Positions 1 to 9,822 of a stretch of 54,533 nucleotides of DNA are shown here, piece by piece. The notes below the pieces were generated by a model that did not search any database, was not told where the DNA came from, and was given only the letters and a program-made list of their open reading frames with translations. The number at the start of each line of letters is the position of its first letter. Positions within the stretch are counted from its first letter, which is position 1. Source of the DNA: Polymyxa betae A26-41 (Eukaryota; Protista; Endomyxa: Phytomyxea); the NCBI GenBank assembly GCA_003693705.1, contig RBZT01000575.1, positions 1 through 54,533 on the forward strand, written 5' to 3'. Made by a program: the position numbers and the translations under genes.

Positions 1-15
1 GCTTCATTCAGCTCA

Positions 16-38
16 GTCCGTACGGTGTCCGTACGGAC
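16..38. repeat. Perfect 10-bp inverted repeat (hairpin) GTCCGTACGG-tgt-CCGTACGGAC
   Basis: Arms 16-25 and 29-38 are exact reverse complements, and each contains the palindrome CCGTACGG. Function unknown. Confidence 0.7.
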
Positions 39-221
39 CTCTGGGAGTCGAGCCCAATATTATTAGAGTAGGTCTTCATACTTCATCAATGTTCGCATCT
101 TTAGTACGCATCAGATTTATGCGTCAGTCTTCGAGTCTTATTGCGGACGCAGTTCCATCAAACTGCGTACGCTATTTTTGGGAAAATCAGAAGTTTTATG
201 TAATTTTTAATAAATCTGATA

Positions 222-701
222 CAATTGACACGAATTCAGACGTCGCCTCAACATCATTTGAATTCTTGAAGACTGCACAGCCATCAATGGAGGTGGCCAA
301 GAATGACGGTCAATTGGCCTATTCAACCTCAAAGGGTCTTTTGCACAGGAGAACCCGACAAATTGAATCCATCTCCGAACTGGGCAAAAACAATGTAGAT
401 CTCATTGGCACTACCCAGCTTCAGGAAAGAGTTGTTGATTGGCTTCATGAACCACTTTTTCGTCAAGCGTGTGATTACGTACGTTTACCGGACGGAGGGG
501 GGCGTTCAGCAGGCGGTCAATCATTTCCTCCTTATTGCCGGATAACAGCATCGAGCGTTCACGAAGCATCTACTTCAATTATGCTGCAGATTTGGTTCGC
601 AAGGAAGAAACGTCTCCAATTGCTGAGGTGTCTTCCTGGAGCGCTTCCATCCTGATTGCGGCTGCGCTTGAGATCAACAATGACAGAGTACCGTACTTCA
701 T
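222..701 (-). pseudogene. Decayed SAP-domain + YqaJ/lambda-exonuclease-like coding relic (probable transposon remnant)
   Basis: Manual minus-strand translation gives LRTKSAA*LK*MLRERSMLLSGNKEEMIDRLL (~503-603; SAP pattern with two in-frame stops). After a frameshift it reads KKWFMKPINNSFLKLGSANE (~400-460) and then SFLATSIDGCAVF (~270-305), resembling the YqaJ-family G-x-x-x-E and L-x-ASPDG motifs. It breaks before the expected E-x-K motif. Confidence 0.55.
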
Positions 702-870
702 AGGCGACTGTTGCAGTCAAGAAACCTCCCTGCCCAAAACTGCGTGGGACCTAAGGTCCGTGGAGATATTAATAACTGCAATTGCTTATTTACTTTTGAA
801 CATTGGTTATTCTTCGGTTTTGTTGGGCGGTACAGTATAAGATTGGATTTGAAATATGAAAATTGGAATA

Positions 871-972
871 AAAAATGACAGAATGGGATGGGCGGACAAT
901 TTGATTTTATAATTTGTGAGAAGCGGAGATATTTTTTAAAATTATTTTTGAAAAATGACAGAATGGGATGGG
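871..972 (+). repeat. 22-bp exact direct repeat AAAAATGACAGAATGGGATGGG x2 in an AT-rich non-coding tract (841-1190)
   Basis: Copies at 871-892 and 951-972. Partial or inverted copies at ~1040-1059 (AATGGGATGG), 1074-1083 and ~1176-1184 (TGTCATTTT). Confidence 0.75.
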
Positions 973-1840
973 TGGATTTTGTTTTATTTTTCAGTATATG
1001 GGTGGGGTTTTTGAATGTCGTTTTGAGTTTTGATTATTTGAATATGGGAAATGGGATGGAGGGATTTATAAAATGTCATTTTTTGAATTCGTTTTTTTTT
1101 CAATGACGGATTGGAAATTTGTATATTTTAAGTTTCGGAAAACGTTTTTGTTTTTTGGGAAAACTACCGACACCTTGTCATTTTCTCTCTCTAAAATTTC
1201 GACTGGAGCCATTACAATCTCAAAAGCAGACCAGCAAATACATAGCCTATCTATGAGCATGCAACCGACGACGCAAATTGCAGCATGCCTCCACCCAAGT
1301 TAATGGCGGCTGGCCATTATCAAACGCTCCCAATTGATCGATCAACATCGAAACTGGGTAGGTTAGGAATGGGGACTCATAAAAGGGCTCAGTCATGTAA
1401 GCACCATGGGGCGACTGTTTCTCTCTGTCTTACTCTCTTCACCGGAATCGTCCTCCTGTACCTAATACGGCAAAACAACAATAAATTGCAACAAATTAAC
1501 GGTGAGGTCAATTGTCAAAAGAAAGCCTTTGCAAGGAACGAAGCACGAGAAGCAGCGAACGCAAACATTAAGGGCAAGGTACAGAATATGAATGGTTTTC
1601 TATCCCATCCCACGCCATCATCGAATGCAAGCTCCCAACATGTGGCAAAACGAACACCCAACACTAAGAATAACCAGCCAATACGTGCCAATGGATAGCG
1701 AAAAAGCATCACCTGTGGAATGCATGTAGTTGAAAACCGGCAAATCCCAAGTGATCAATTCCACAAACGGATTTCACGCAAACCCTTTTTATCAAGAACG
1801 TGAGCAGTGTTGGTCTTTGTTCCGCTGAATCTAGCAACGA

Positions 1841-2865
1841 TCATCTAAGAGCGGTTCTGCACAGCGGACAGGTGGTGCGCTTGAGTAACCATTCGCGAAT
1901 ACATGGGTCGTGGAAATGATGATTACATCTGAACAGTATTAGATTAGCGATGTCACATCCCGCTTTCTTACGATGTCGATTTGCCCATATCGCCAACCAC
2001 AAAGTCATCCCAGCAAATGGAGCAATTAATTGGCGGATCCTAAGCGGATGTCAAGTGGCAGTGATATTTTGGCCTAGACTTGCCGATTGCGAATGAGTAA
2101 AATTTTGTATAGTGTCAATTTGGGCGTGAATCAAACATATCCTACGACATTCGCCAATCTGATAGAGTACTGCTACAGCCAAACTTAACAAAAACCATCC
2201 AATATAAAACAACGCCTGCACGTAGATAACAGTAGTGAGAAAACAAGGTGCTCGTATGAAGGGAATATCTTGGATGTGCAAAGTAAGCAGAGCCTAATAG
2301 TGTACTTGGGTTCAAGCTTTCCATGGTTTGCTGCATTACCCACTTACAGATACGCTTGCCAGCTTAGTAAGAATATAAGAAATTAGAAGTAGCATATCCC
2401 AGCTTATCTGTTCCGTTTTTCCTAAAGCCCAAGCAACCTGGGCGCCAGCTAAATCTTGGAATTTGATAAAGTGTTGTAAAATATTACAAGAGCTGGAAAG
2501 TAGAAAGCAATCAGGTTACGAAAAGCGAAAGGTGAGAAGCAAAGCAACAATCGGACGTCAACACAAGATGGAGGCCAAAGCCAAACCAGCATCAATACCG
2601 CGATCTAAAGGCAGCTGTTGAATCCAATCAAACCAAAGATGGGTTCGATCATACTTCGAGCATCATGAACATGTGCGAGTGAAAGATCATGCAAAATACG
2701 CCTTCCTGTTGTTTAAATTTTCGAAATAGAGCAGAGTCCTGGAAATATCAACAATCAAGGCTGGGGTTTCAGAAAGCCAGTAAAGCTTATCGTGCTTACT
2801 GCAATGGAATGCGCCCAAGGAGGCAATCTGTCGATAAGTCGAGGCTGTTGCCGTCTTCTAGTCAT
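1841..2865 (-). CDS. Membrane-anchored RING-H2 E3 ubiquitin ligase (multi-exon)
   Basis: Spliced exons 1972-2039 and 1841-1928 give CSICWDDFVVGDMGKSTSCNHHFHDPCIREWLLKRTTCPLCRTALR* (C3H2C3 RING-H2). Upstream exons are hydrophobic (VIYVQALFYIGWFLLSLAVAVLY; MLLLISYILTKLASVS). The 5' exon structure and start at 2865 are less certain. Confidence 0.85.
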
Positions 2866-3378
2866 GATACGAAGGAAGAAAGGTGCACAAGCTGCTCGAG
2901 TCACGACGACGTCACTTCCAAGCGCCTTGTATCAAATCAATGGGAAAGACAGAATGAGCAGCTAGAGGAAAGAGCCCATTAACTTGCAAAGGTGTCCCAG
3001 TGGATATTTTACTTTGGATACAGTGGATCATGACTGGATTGAGATCTCAGCATTCGGTCGGTTCTCTACCGCCAACTTCACACCGAAGATGAACTGACTT
3101 CCAACATTATCGTCGATCGAATCGACACAATCTTTTAGGCCGCGTTCAACCAGGACGGAACATTTCAAGCAATGAGTTAGGACCGGATGGGCAGAACTCG
3201 ATAAACCATTGATTGGTGAATGCATTGCAATACGAACTAGGACTATCTATACAGGAAAGATACAGAGAGTCTGATGCGGAATGGGAATAAAATAAGCCGC
3301 TTCCAAACCTGTTGCCGTGAACATCAACGGTCGAATAGACGAATTTCTTCTGGAAGAAATAAACAGAAATCGCAAACC

Positions 3379-3462
3379 AAAGGCATATTTACAACTTGAT
3401 CTTCTGAAAGGCATATTTACAACTTGATCTTTTAAAAGGCAAATTTACAACTTGATTTTCTA
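3379..3462 (+). repeat. Tandem repeat, 3 x 28 bp (AAAGGCATATTTACAACTTGATCTTCTG)
   Basis: Units at 3379-3406, 3407-3434 and 3435-3462 differ at 2-3 positions. They are followed by an 8-bp inverted repeat GGGTGCTG (3465-3472) / CAGCACCC (3492-3499). Confidence 0.9.
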
Positions 3463-3736
3463 AAGGGTGCTGGTAAGGTAACCAATATGAACAGCACCCA
3501 CAAGCAGGCAACAGCCGAATGGGAATCATTTTAACGGGTGAATTACTGCAACGCCCCGAAATTGGTAGTAGGGGTTCTGGAATATATTTGGGCAATTTGC
3601 CTAAATTGTCCAGCAATGCATTTTGGAACGAGCGCCGCCTGTTGACCATAAATCAGCGAACTACCGGTAGTCGAATCCAATCGAATCCAATCCAATGGGA
3701 ATCATTAATTGGCGGTAATAATGGCCATGTTATTTG

Positions 3737-4520
3737 TCAAACAGCACTAATTGTGGGCATACAGTGGTATGGCAAAAACTTGACAATCTGATTGTCACAT
3801 TGCACTTTGCTAACAGGGCAAAAACACTGGTTAGTTGATGTCGCAATATCCCGAAGCAGCTTCAACTCCTCCGAAACTACATTCGTTTCGGATGACAACA
3901 GAAATTGACCGATTGAATGCAGGCCCTCTTGAATTCGACACCCGAGAGCGTCGAAGGCAGAAATTTTTTCTTGAGCACGAGCACTCAATCGGGGAACTTT
4001 TTTAGGCTCTGACGGATTGGGTTTTCATTGGTTCCGAAAAAAGCTCGTCGTCGTCATAATGGTGGGAAGCTTCGACGAAAGCAGGCAGTCGTGGGCCATG
4101 CCGCTGCGTCCACCAAAATGGTTGACAAGGTCATCCCAATACGAAGGTTTCTTTTTGGAATGGCAGCGTTCCCGGTCTGGTTATCAGCCGCATTATAGGT
4201 GCGATACAGATTCTGTAATGCCTGGTATTTGGATTTGACTTGAGCCTCATTGATATTCACGTCAAATCGCATCTGCATCTCAAAAACAATTTTGGACCAT
4301 GCACGACCTAAGGCCACTTTGTCCTTGCTGTCGAGGAAATCCGATTTCAACTGTTCTCGCTGCTTCAAAGAAACTGTATCTTTTCAATTGTTCACTGGAG
4401 CGGTTCAGTGTCTGCCTCCTCCTTTTTGGGTCGACCGCGTTTTTTTTTGGCGGTCTCTCAGGTGTTACGAACGTATCAGGGCGCTTTAAAGGCTCGTCTG
4501 ACGCTGCGTCCAGGCCCGCA
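3737..4520 (-). pseudogene. AT-hook + Myb/SANT-like (trihelix) DNA-binding protein pseudogene, PIF/Harbinger ORF1-like
   Basis: Reconstructed across frameshifts as KKRGRPKK (AT-hook, ~4422-4445), EPLQ*TIEKIQFL (TGA at 4392-4394 where the Myb Trp is expected), LKQREQLKSDF..RAWSKIVFEMQMRFDVNINEAQVKSKYQALQNLYRTY..NQTGN and KPSYWDDLVNHFGGRSG. This layout is typical of Myb_DNA-bind/Harbinger accessory proteins. Confidence 0.7.
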
Positions 4521-4729
4521 GGAAAGAAAACGATGCTAATTGGAATCCCACCAATCAGATTACTGGAAATTTGATACCGATATTAAACATCGTGAACGCA
4601 ATTGAACCAGGCTCATGAAGGTGTTTATTTAAATTATTTAAACGATCAAGACAAATAAGCACGACGATGCCTTGAGTTCTTCCAGCAGTAGGAAAAATCC
4701 TATTAAAGTCGTAATGACAACAGCCCACC

Positions 4730-5330
4730 TGTGTAATGAGCCCTTGATCGTATGCCCTATGCAGTTGCCGCATACTTTGAACCCATGTCAATAAAGATAC
4801 CACTCGACTATATTTTCGCTTGATCTGGTAGTATATCTGTTTTACCTATGGCTCAAGCGACCTGAAGATTGATTCAATCGTGTTCATAGTGTTGCATCAT
4901 TGGAGTTACTAGGTATGGAAGATAGATGAAGACGACATGACAAGAATAAGCGGAACGAAACAGAAAGAAATATTGCCAATCGTCATAATAAAATATCAGA
5001 GCTAAGACTAGAGCACACATGGAAAAAATGATGCATATGGCAAGTTCGCCGCTACCTCGAGCAAAGTATACCAAAGCGGCTGAATGACGTTGAGCATGAG
5101 AAGTTCCATCACCGAAAAACAAATCAAGCACTTGGGATTGCTGTAGTATCAAATTGTCAAAAATCAATCCAAGCAAAAGTTTTCGATCCGGTTACAAGCA
5201 ATCGACGAGGGAATCTCTGCCAATGGTCACGTTCTGGAGGTTGCCGGGGTCCATCATGATGTCGGGAGCAGATAATGACAGATTACTAGAAGATATAAAT
5301 AATGATAACGTCAAGTGCAAGCAGATAAGA
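4730..5330 (-). CDS. Possible small spliced hypothetical membrane protein
   Basis: Hydrophobic ORF segment (LAICIIFSMCALVLALIFYY) and GT/AG-like signals around 4730-4870. No family recognised; boundaries uncertain. Confidence 0.2.
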
Positions 5331-5559
5331 GGCTAGCTGAGGGACTTAAGTCTTAACTGTCACTGACAAAAAGAGCTCCCTAATGAAGTTCGTTGATGGC
5401 TAGGGCATAGAGCATGAGATGCAACTGATTAAAAAAACGAAATAAAATGGGCGGAAGAACCAGAAGCAGAGACTTGTCCCTAAAACATGGCAGGCGACAG
5501 AACAGGAGGACAACGAAGGCTAAAACACATGTCTTTGATAGATTTAGTATACACAATAA

Positions 5560-7730
5560 TTAGAAAAACAGCTTAGAAAAAAGATAGGCCAAAAGGATGC
5601 CGAAAAGAACTTGGAAGAAGGCAACAGGAGCCGCCAGCCAGCGCAATCGTACGGGAGCGAACGCCGGAAGCTTGTTTTCTATAGACATTGCTATCCGATG
5701 CAATATATGAACAAGAATAGCACTCTCCCAGGCGGCTATGGGACGCTCCCATTCGCCACCAATGAAAGGAACATCAAGCTTTGAGCAAACAATTAGACCT
5801 ACGGGGCACTGTAAATAGACACTCAGCAGCACTGAAAGCCGGAACAACCTTGGCGAACTTTTGATTTCTGTTCAGGTGTCAGTAAATACCCATCATTGTG
5901 AAGATATGGAGAAGGAGGACGTTCAACAGGAATCTGGGCTCGACGCATGGTTTCGACAGTACCGTCATCGATAGCATTGGGATCGAGATGGAACAGCCTC
6001 TCCAATATTTTGCATAACGATCGCAGAGTGTGGCTTTCGTGCTGAACCTGCAGTGCAATTGAAGCCGATGTGAATAATTGCAGAGCAGCGCGATAGGTTC
6101 TTGTTTTTGGATCTCGGAATGGGATGTATTCCGTCGGAGGTCCTACACGGGCTTAATGCTTGTGAAAGAAACAACATGATTCTTACGGGCAGCAAGAGCC
6201 TCAAATCGGCGCCAGTCGACAGAAGCATGGGCATATAGAAGCCCAAGCTTGGATTCACAAGCCAGCAAGATTTCAATCATAGCATCATCGGCAAACAGAT
6301 TCAAAATCTCGTCGATTTTACTGATCATGGAGTCAGCGTCCACCAACTTTATATGGAGAGCAGACACCATAAACTAGAAAACAATGAATCCGTAACTTCG
6401 CGTTTGTGAAATTTTCGTACCTCAGCTAGCAAAACTGAATAGAATGGCAGCTGAGTCTGGATATAGGTATCCCATAGCTTAACAGGTTGATTGAGAAGTC
6501 TCCATGGCAGGGTCCAATGAAGCCACAGTTCCACTGGCCAGCGAATTACGTCGCTAATCCGTCCAAGAGGATATCGTAAAAACGAAGCTGACAAGAATCG
6601 GAAAAGTGGCCCTCGCATCAAATCAATGAGTTCAAAAGGGGCCGATCGCGTTAATAAGGCGTCCACTAGAACCATTGAGCAGTGATAGATGCTATCTGGC
6701 GGAGCAGAAAATCTACAAATTGCAAAATAAATCCCAGAAATCGTTGGCAGTCACTAAACATACTCTGGGTCTGATTGATCGTAGGTGAACGAATTCAGGC
6801 ACCATTCGCACAGCACGGTGATGAACTCTCTGGCGCGCTCCATCTGATATTCAATGACAACAAGGGAATCACGTTGTTCGTTTCTGCATGGATGTGATTT
6901 CAGTAAATATGTATCTGGTCAATATCGTACGAACAGTATCGGCGGTTGCACACATGGGATCATCGTTTTGAGCAGCATGGGAAAGAACTCCTCTACGAAA
7001 AGCCTCGGCGACTTTAAAGAACCAGAAGCAACGAATAGCTTCGAATCCCTCAGTATGCTAGTCAAGGTTGATTGTCGAAGATAGGTTACGGCCACTCCAA
7101 TGAAAAAATACTCGAAAATATTAATCTAAACCAAATGAGACGATTTTAAAGGCAGTTTGAAATAGCAAACCTCGAATGAATCATTATTGAAGATATGAGT
7201 GGAGAAGAAAGGCAACGACTGTAGATCGTCCTTTTTCGCATTATGAAGCATTTTCGCTATCGAAGCCTAATTAAAATGCTAAGAATTAGAAGAGACAGAT
7301 AGAGCAATCGACGGTAAAATACGAACCGGAGCGACAGAGTTTGGGACCCGATACTTAGGTGAGATCTGGATCGAAAAAATTGTATAAAACAGAACGCCTT
7401 CTTCTGGGGAGAGCAATTGCGCTAAAAGGCGTTGGGACGAAGATCCAGTAAGGTTCATCCAGCATCTAGATCAACTAATGTGAGAAAAACGACAAATATT
7501 TTTCTCCAATCTCTGATGGCTTACTCTGGTTGCTGGATGCCGAAAGCTGCATCGATAATGAGTAGCAAAAGATTGTGCAATTGGGGGAGATAAGCAGGGC
7601 GCTGCTGTAGATGTTGAAGGCAGCGAACAACGGCTGCAAGAGTTCCCTCAGTCCGTGGTCCATTCCCACCTGCAAGGCAGGCTGTTAATTCATCAATTGC
7701 ATTCGTGTCGCGCTCCAGGTCTAGGCCCAT
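5560..7730 (-). CDS. SMPD4: Sphingomyelin phosphodiesterase 4-like protein (multi-exon, C-terminal membrane anchor)
   Basis: Motifs recognised as SMPD4-like: GPLFRFL..PVELWLHWTLPWR (cf. LEMWLSYLQPWR), DGYLLTPEQKSKVRQG, VPFIGGEWERPIAAWESAILVHIL (cf. GDxxxxPIRSYE) and VRLRWLAAP followed by a C-terminal TM helix. Confidence 0.8.
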
Positions 7731-7981
7731 AACGTAGTCTGGAGAAGACGATGGAAGGATGCGCGCTTAGATTCGGAAGTCGCGTCGCGCAATCGGAAAA
7801 TTTCGTCGAACCGTTAATGCAGCAGCCAGATCCTGGAAGCAAAGCCGCCAAGTGAAAAGAATTGCATGTCCTAATATTGCTTTTAAATAGAAAGTGAGAC
7901 GAACTGTATATATGCAAACAAATGATGTATTCAAAGATTGTAGGAAAGCTCTGGACAGATCTAGGACAGGTATGGAGGCGA

Positions 7982-8755
7982 TTACAGCTCGCCGTGCTCA
8001 GCGCCACCGCTGAACATCTTCATAAGCGACTCGAGGAAGTCGTCTTCACCACCTTTACCCAATCCGCCGAAAAGGTTGTCAACGTCCATTCCACCAACTG
8101 TACAGATACGCTCAGTACACAACAGCATGGAAGCAATTGGAAACTTACAGAGGTTCTGGAAGATTTTCTGGAAGTCCATATCGGCGAATTTGGTCAAGAT
8201 GTCTTCATGGGACTTAGCGTCGTTAAGGAAAGCATCCTTCAAAGCTGGGTTCGACTTGAGCACTTTTAAGGCTTCTAAAACACAACATCAGCAAAACGAA
8301 AAACTGACTAAGTTTAGAATGTTACCGGGAACCGATTTGAAGAGGTCTTTGCCTTTCATCATGTCCTGAAGCACGCCAAAGTGCTCAGTCACTTCGGGGT
8401 TGTTCATTTCCTTGATACGGTCCAGGTTCATGTGGTCCAAAAACTGTTTCAAAACTTCATCCTCGCCCAATCCAGAGAACAGGCTGTGGGCCTGGGCGCT
8501 CTCAGATGCCTTCTCTGATTCGAAAGGCTTGTTGAGATTCTCAGGTTCTCCATAGGAAGGTTTCTTAACAGGTTCTTCGTACGAAGGCTTGTTAGCAGAG
8601 TAATTTGGCTTGGGGGCATCCTGAGCTTCAGTGTAGTGGTGATCTTTCTCTATAGCAATTTGTTAGTATCGTAATCAAAAGATGCATCATCAGAGTTAAT
8701 TACGAGCAAAAGCAACGGCGGCCAAGGCCAAGGCTATACAGACGAATCGCATCAT
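7982..8755 (-). CDS. Signal-peptide protein with STI1/DP-like helical repeats and C-terminal HGEL (putative ER-lumen resident)
   Basis: N-terminus MMRFVCIALALAAVAFA; internal EMNNPEV and VLKSNPAL motifs; Met/Gly-rich tail ending SGGAEHGEL*; three short GT-AG introns. Confidence 0.7.
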
Positions 8756-9261
8756 GATAATTGGTAACGATAAACGAAGAGAATTGGAGATTGTTGGAGA
8801 TTTGGGCCAATTGAAGACTGAGACAACACGGACGGGGGCGACGGCATTAATGCGAGCACCGTGAGAGAAGACCGAAATCGCGGACAATTTTACCTTCCGT
8901 CGGTGCAATGAGACACGTCAGCAATGAGTCACTTTCCGAGCGGTGAATAATCTAGCAAATCGATCAATAATCGCACGGAGTAAAAGATTTGATTGTCGCC
9001 TTGATGGTTCGCCGCTTCCCGTATTCAACAATCTTTATTCCAAAGAGCGAGTGTTTCATTCATTTTGATGTTATTAAATTTGTGAATCAGCATCATAGAT
9101 GAGTAAATTCGTCAAAGGCAAAGAGAGTTTACGCATCTTATGGGCAAAAGTTGCGCAAACGAATAGAAATAAATCTCGGAATGGAGCGGCTTTCAGCAGT
9201 TTACTGAACTCGAGTGTACCTATATCCAAACGTCTTATTCTCGATCATTAGAGAAAATCTA

Positions 9262-9526
9262 ATGGACAATCATTTTGGCGCTGATGCTTGTGGGCAATCG
9301 TGGAGGTCCCTGCTAGAATGCCTGGTTGCTACTGAATGTGGCAAGGCTGGTCGTCCACTTAAAGAATGTCTGAAAGAAGATCCGGAGACGTGCAGGGTTC
9401 TTCGTCGAGCTTTCTCGTCTTGCCAGCGTGGCCAGGTCTGATCGAGATCAATATATTGCTTAAGCCCTGAATCTGTTTTTATAGTTTGATGCTCGTAGTC
9501 GGATCCGAGGAAATCGGTTCCAATGA
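9262..9526 (+). CDS. COA5: Cytochrome c oxidase assembly factor PET191/COA5
   Basis: Exon 9262-9435 ACGQSWRSLLECLVATECGKAGRPLKECL..CRVLRRAFSSCQRGQ, GT-AG intron 9436-9484, exon 9485-9526 FDARSRIRGNRFQ*. Matches the Pet191 Cys pattern and DxRxRxRGN motif. Confidence 0.9.
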
Positions 9527-9822
9527 TCATGAATTTTTCACAATCAGAACACATATTTAGCGGTAGAATCGTTAGATTCTCACAAATTGTAATGCATTAC
9601 AAATGTTATCATTTTCGCCGAAATGCTGTTGTGCTGTCTGCCACGATATCTTTATCTAATTTGGTATCGACTCAGCTATTGCTGTTCAGCTAAGTTCCTT
9701 ATGCCAACCTATAGAGGTATTCGTGAATGGCTACACTATCGTACCATTCGATCTTCGGCTTGTTGCTTGAATGAACGCCCTCGAACTACGCTTCATATCT
9801 TTACTTGCAACGCCTTGATCTC

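Noticed and set aside
560-585. Alternative genetic code (TAA/TAG = Gln) suggested by in-frame stops in the SAP motif
   Set aside because: The relic also has frameshifts, and intact genes here (SMPD4, MARCH6, ERCC8, giant gene) terminate at TAA/TAG.
1285-1712. Opposing ORFs of 137 aa (+) and 65 aa (-)
   Set aside because: No recognisable domains or coherent gene model.
3028-3225. LKDCVDSIDD resembling the Harbinger transposase motif DCIGAIDG
   Set aside because: A single weak motif; no GSxHD, DxGY or FGxLK motifs found nearby.
3379-3462. CRISPR-like 28-bp repeats
   Set aside because: Units are head-to-tail with no spacers, the context is eukaryotic and no cas genes are present.
4555-4803. 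AGRTQG resembling DEAH helicase motif VI
   Set aside because: No other helicase motifs are present; likely chance.
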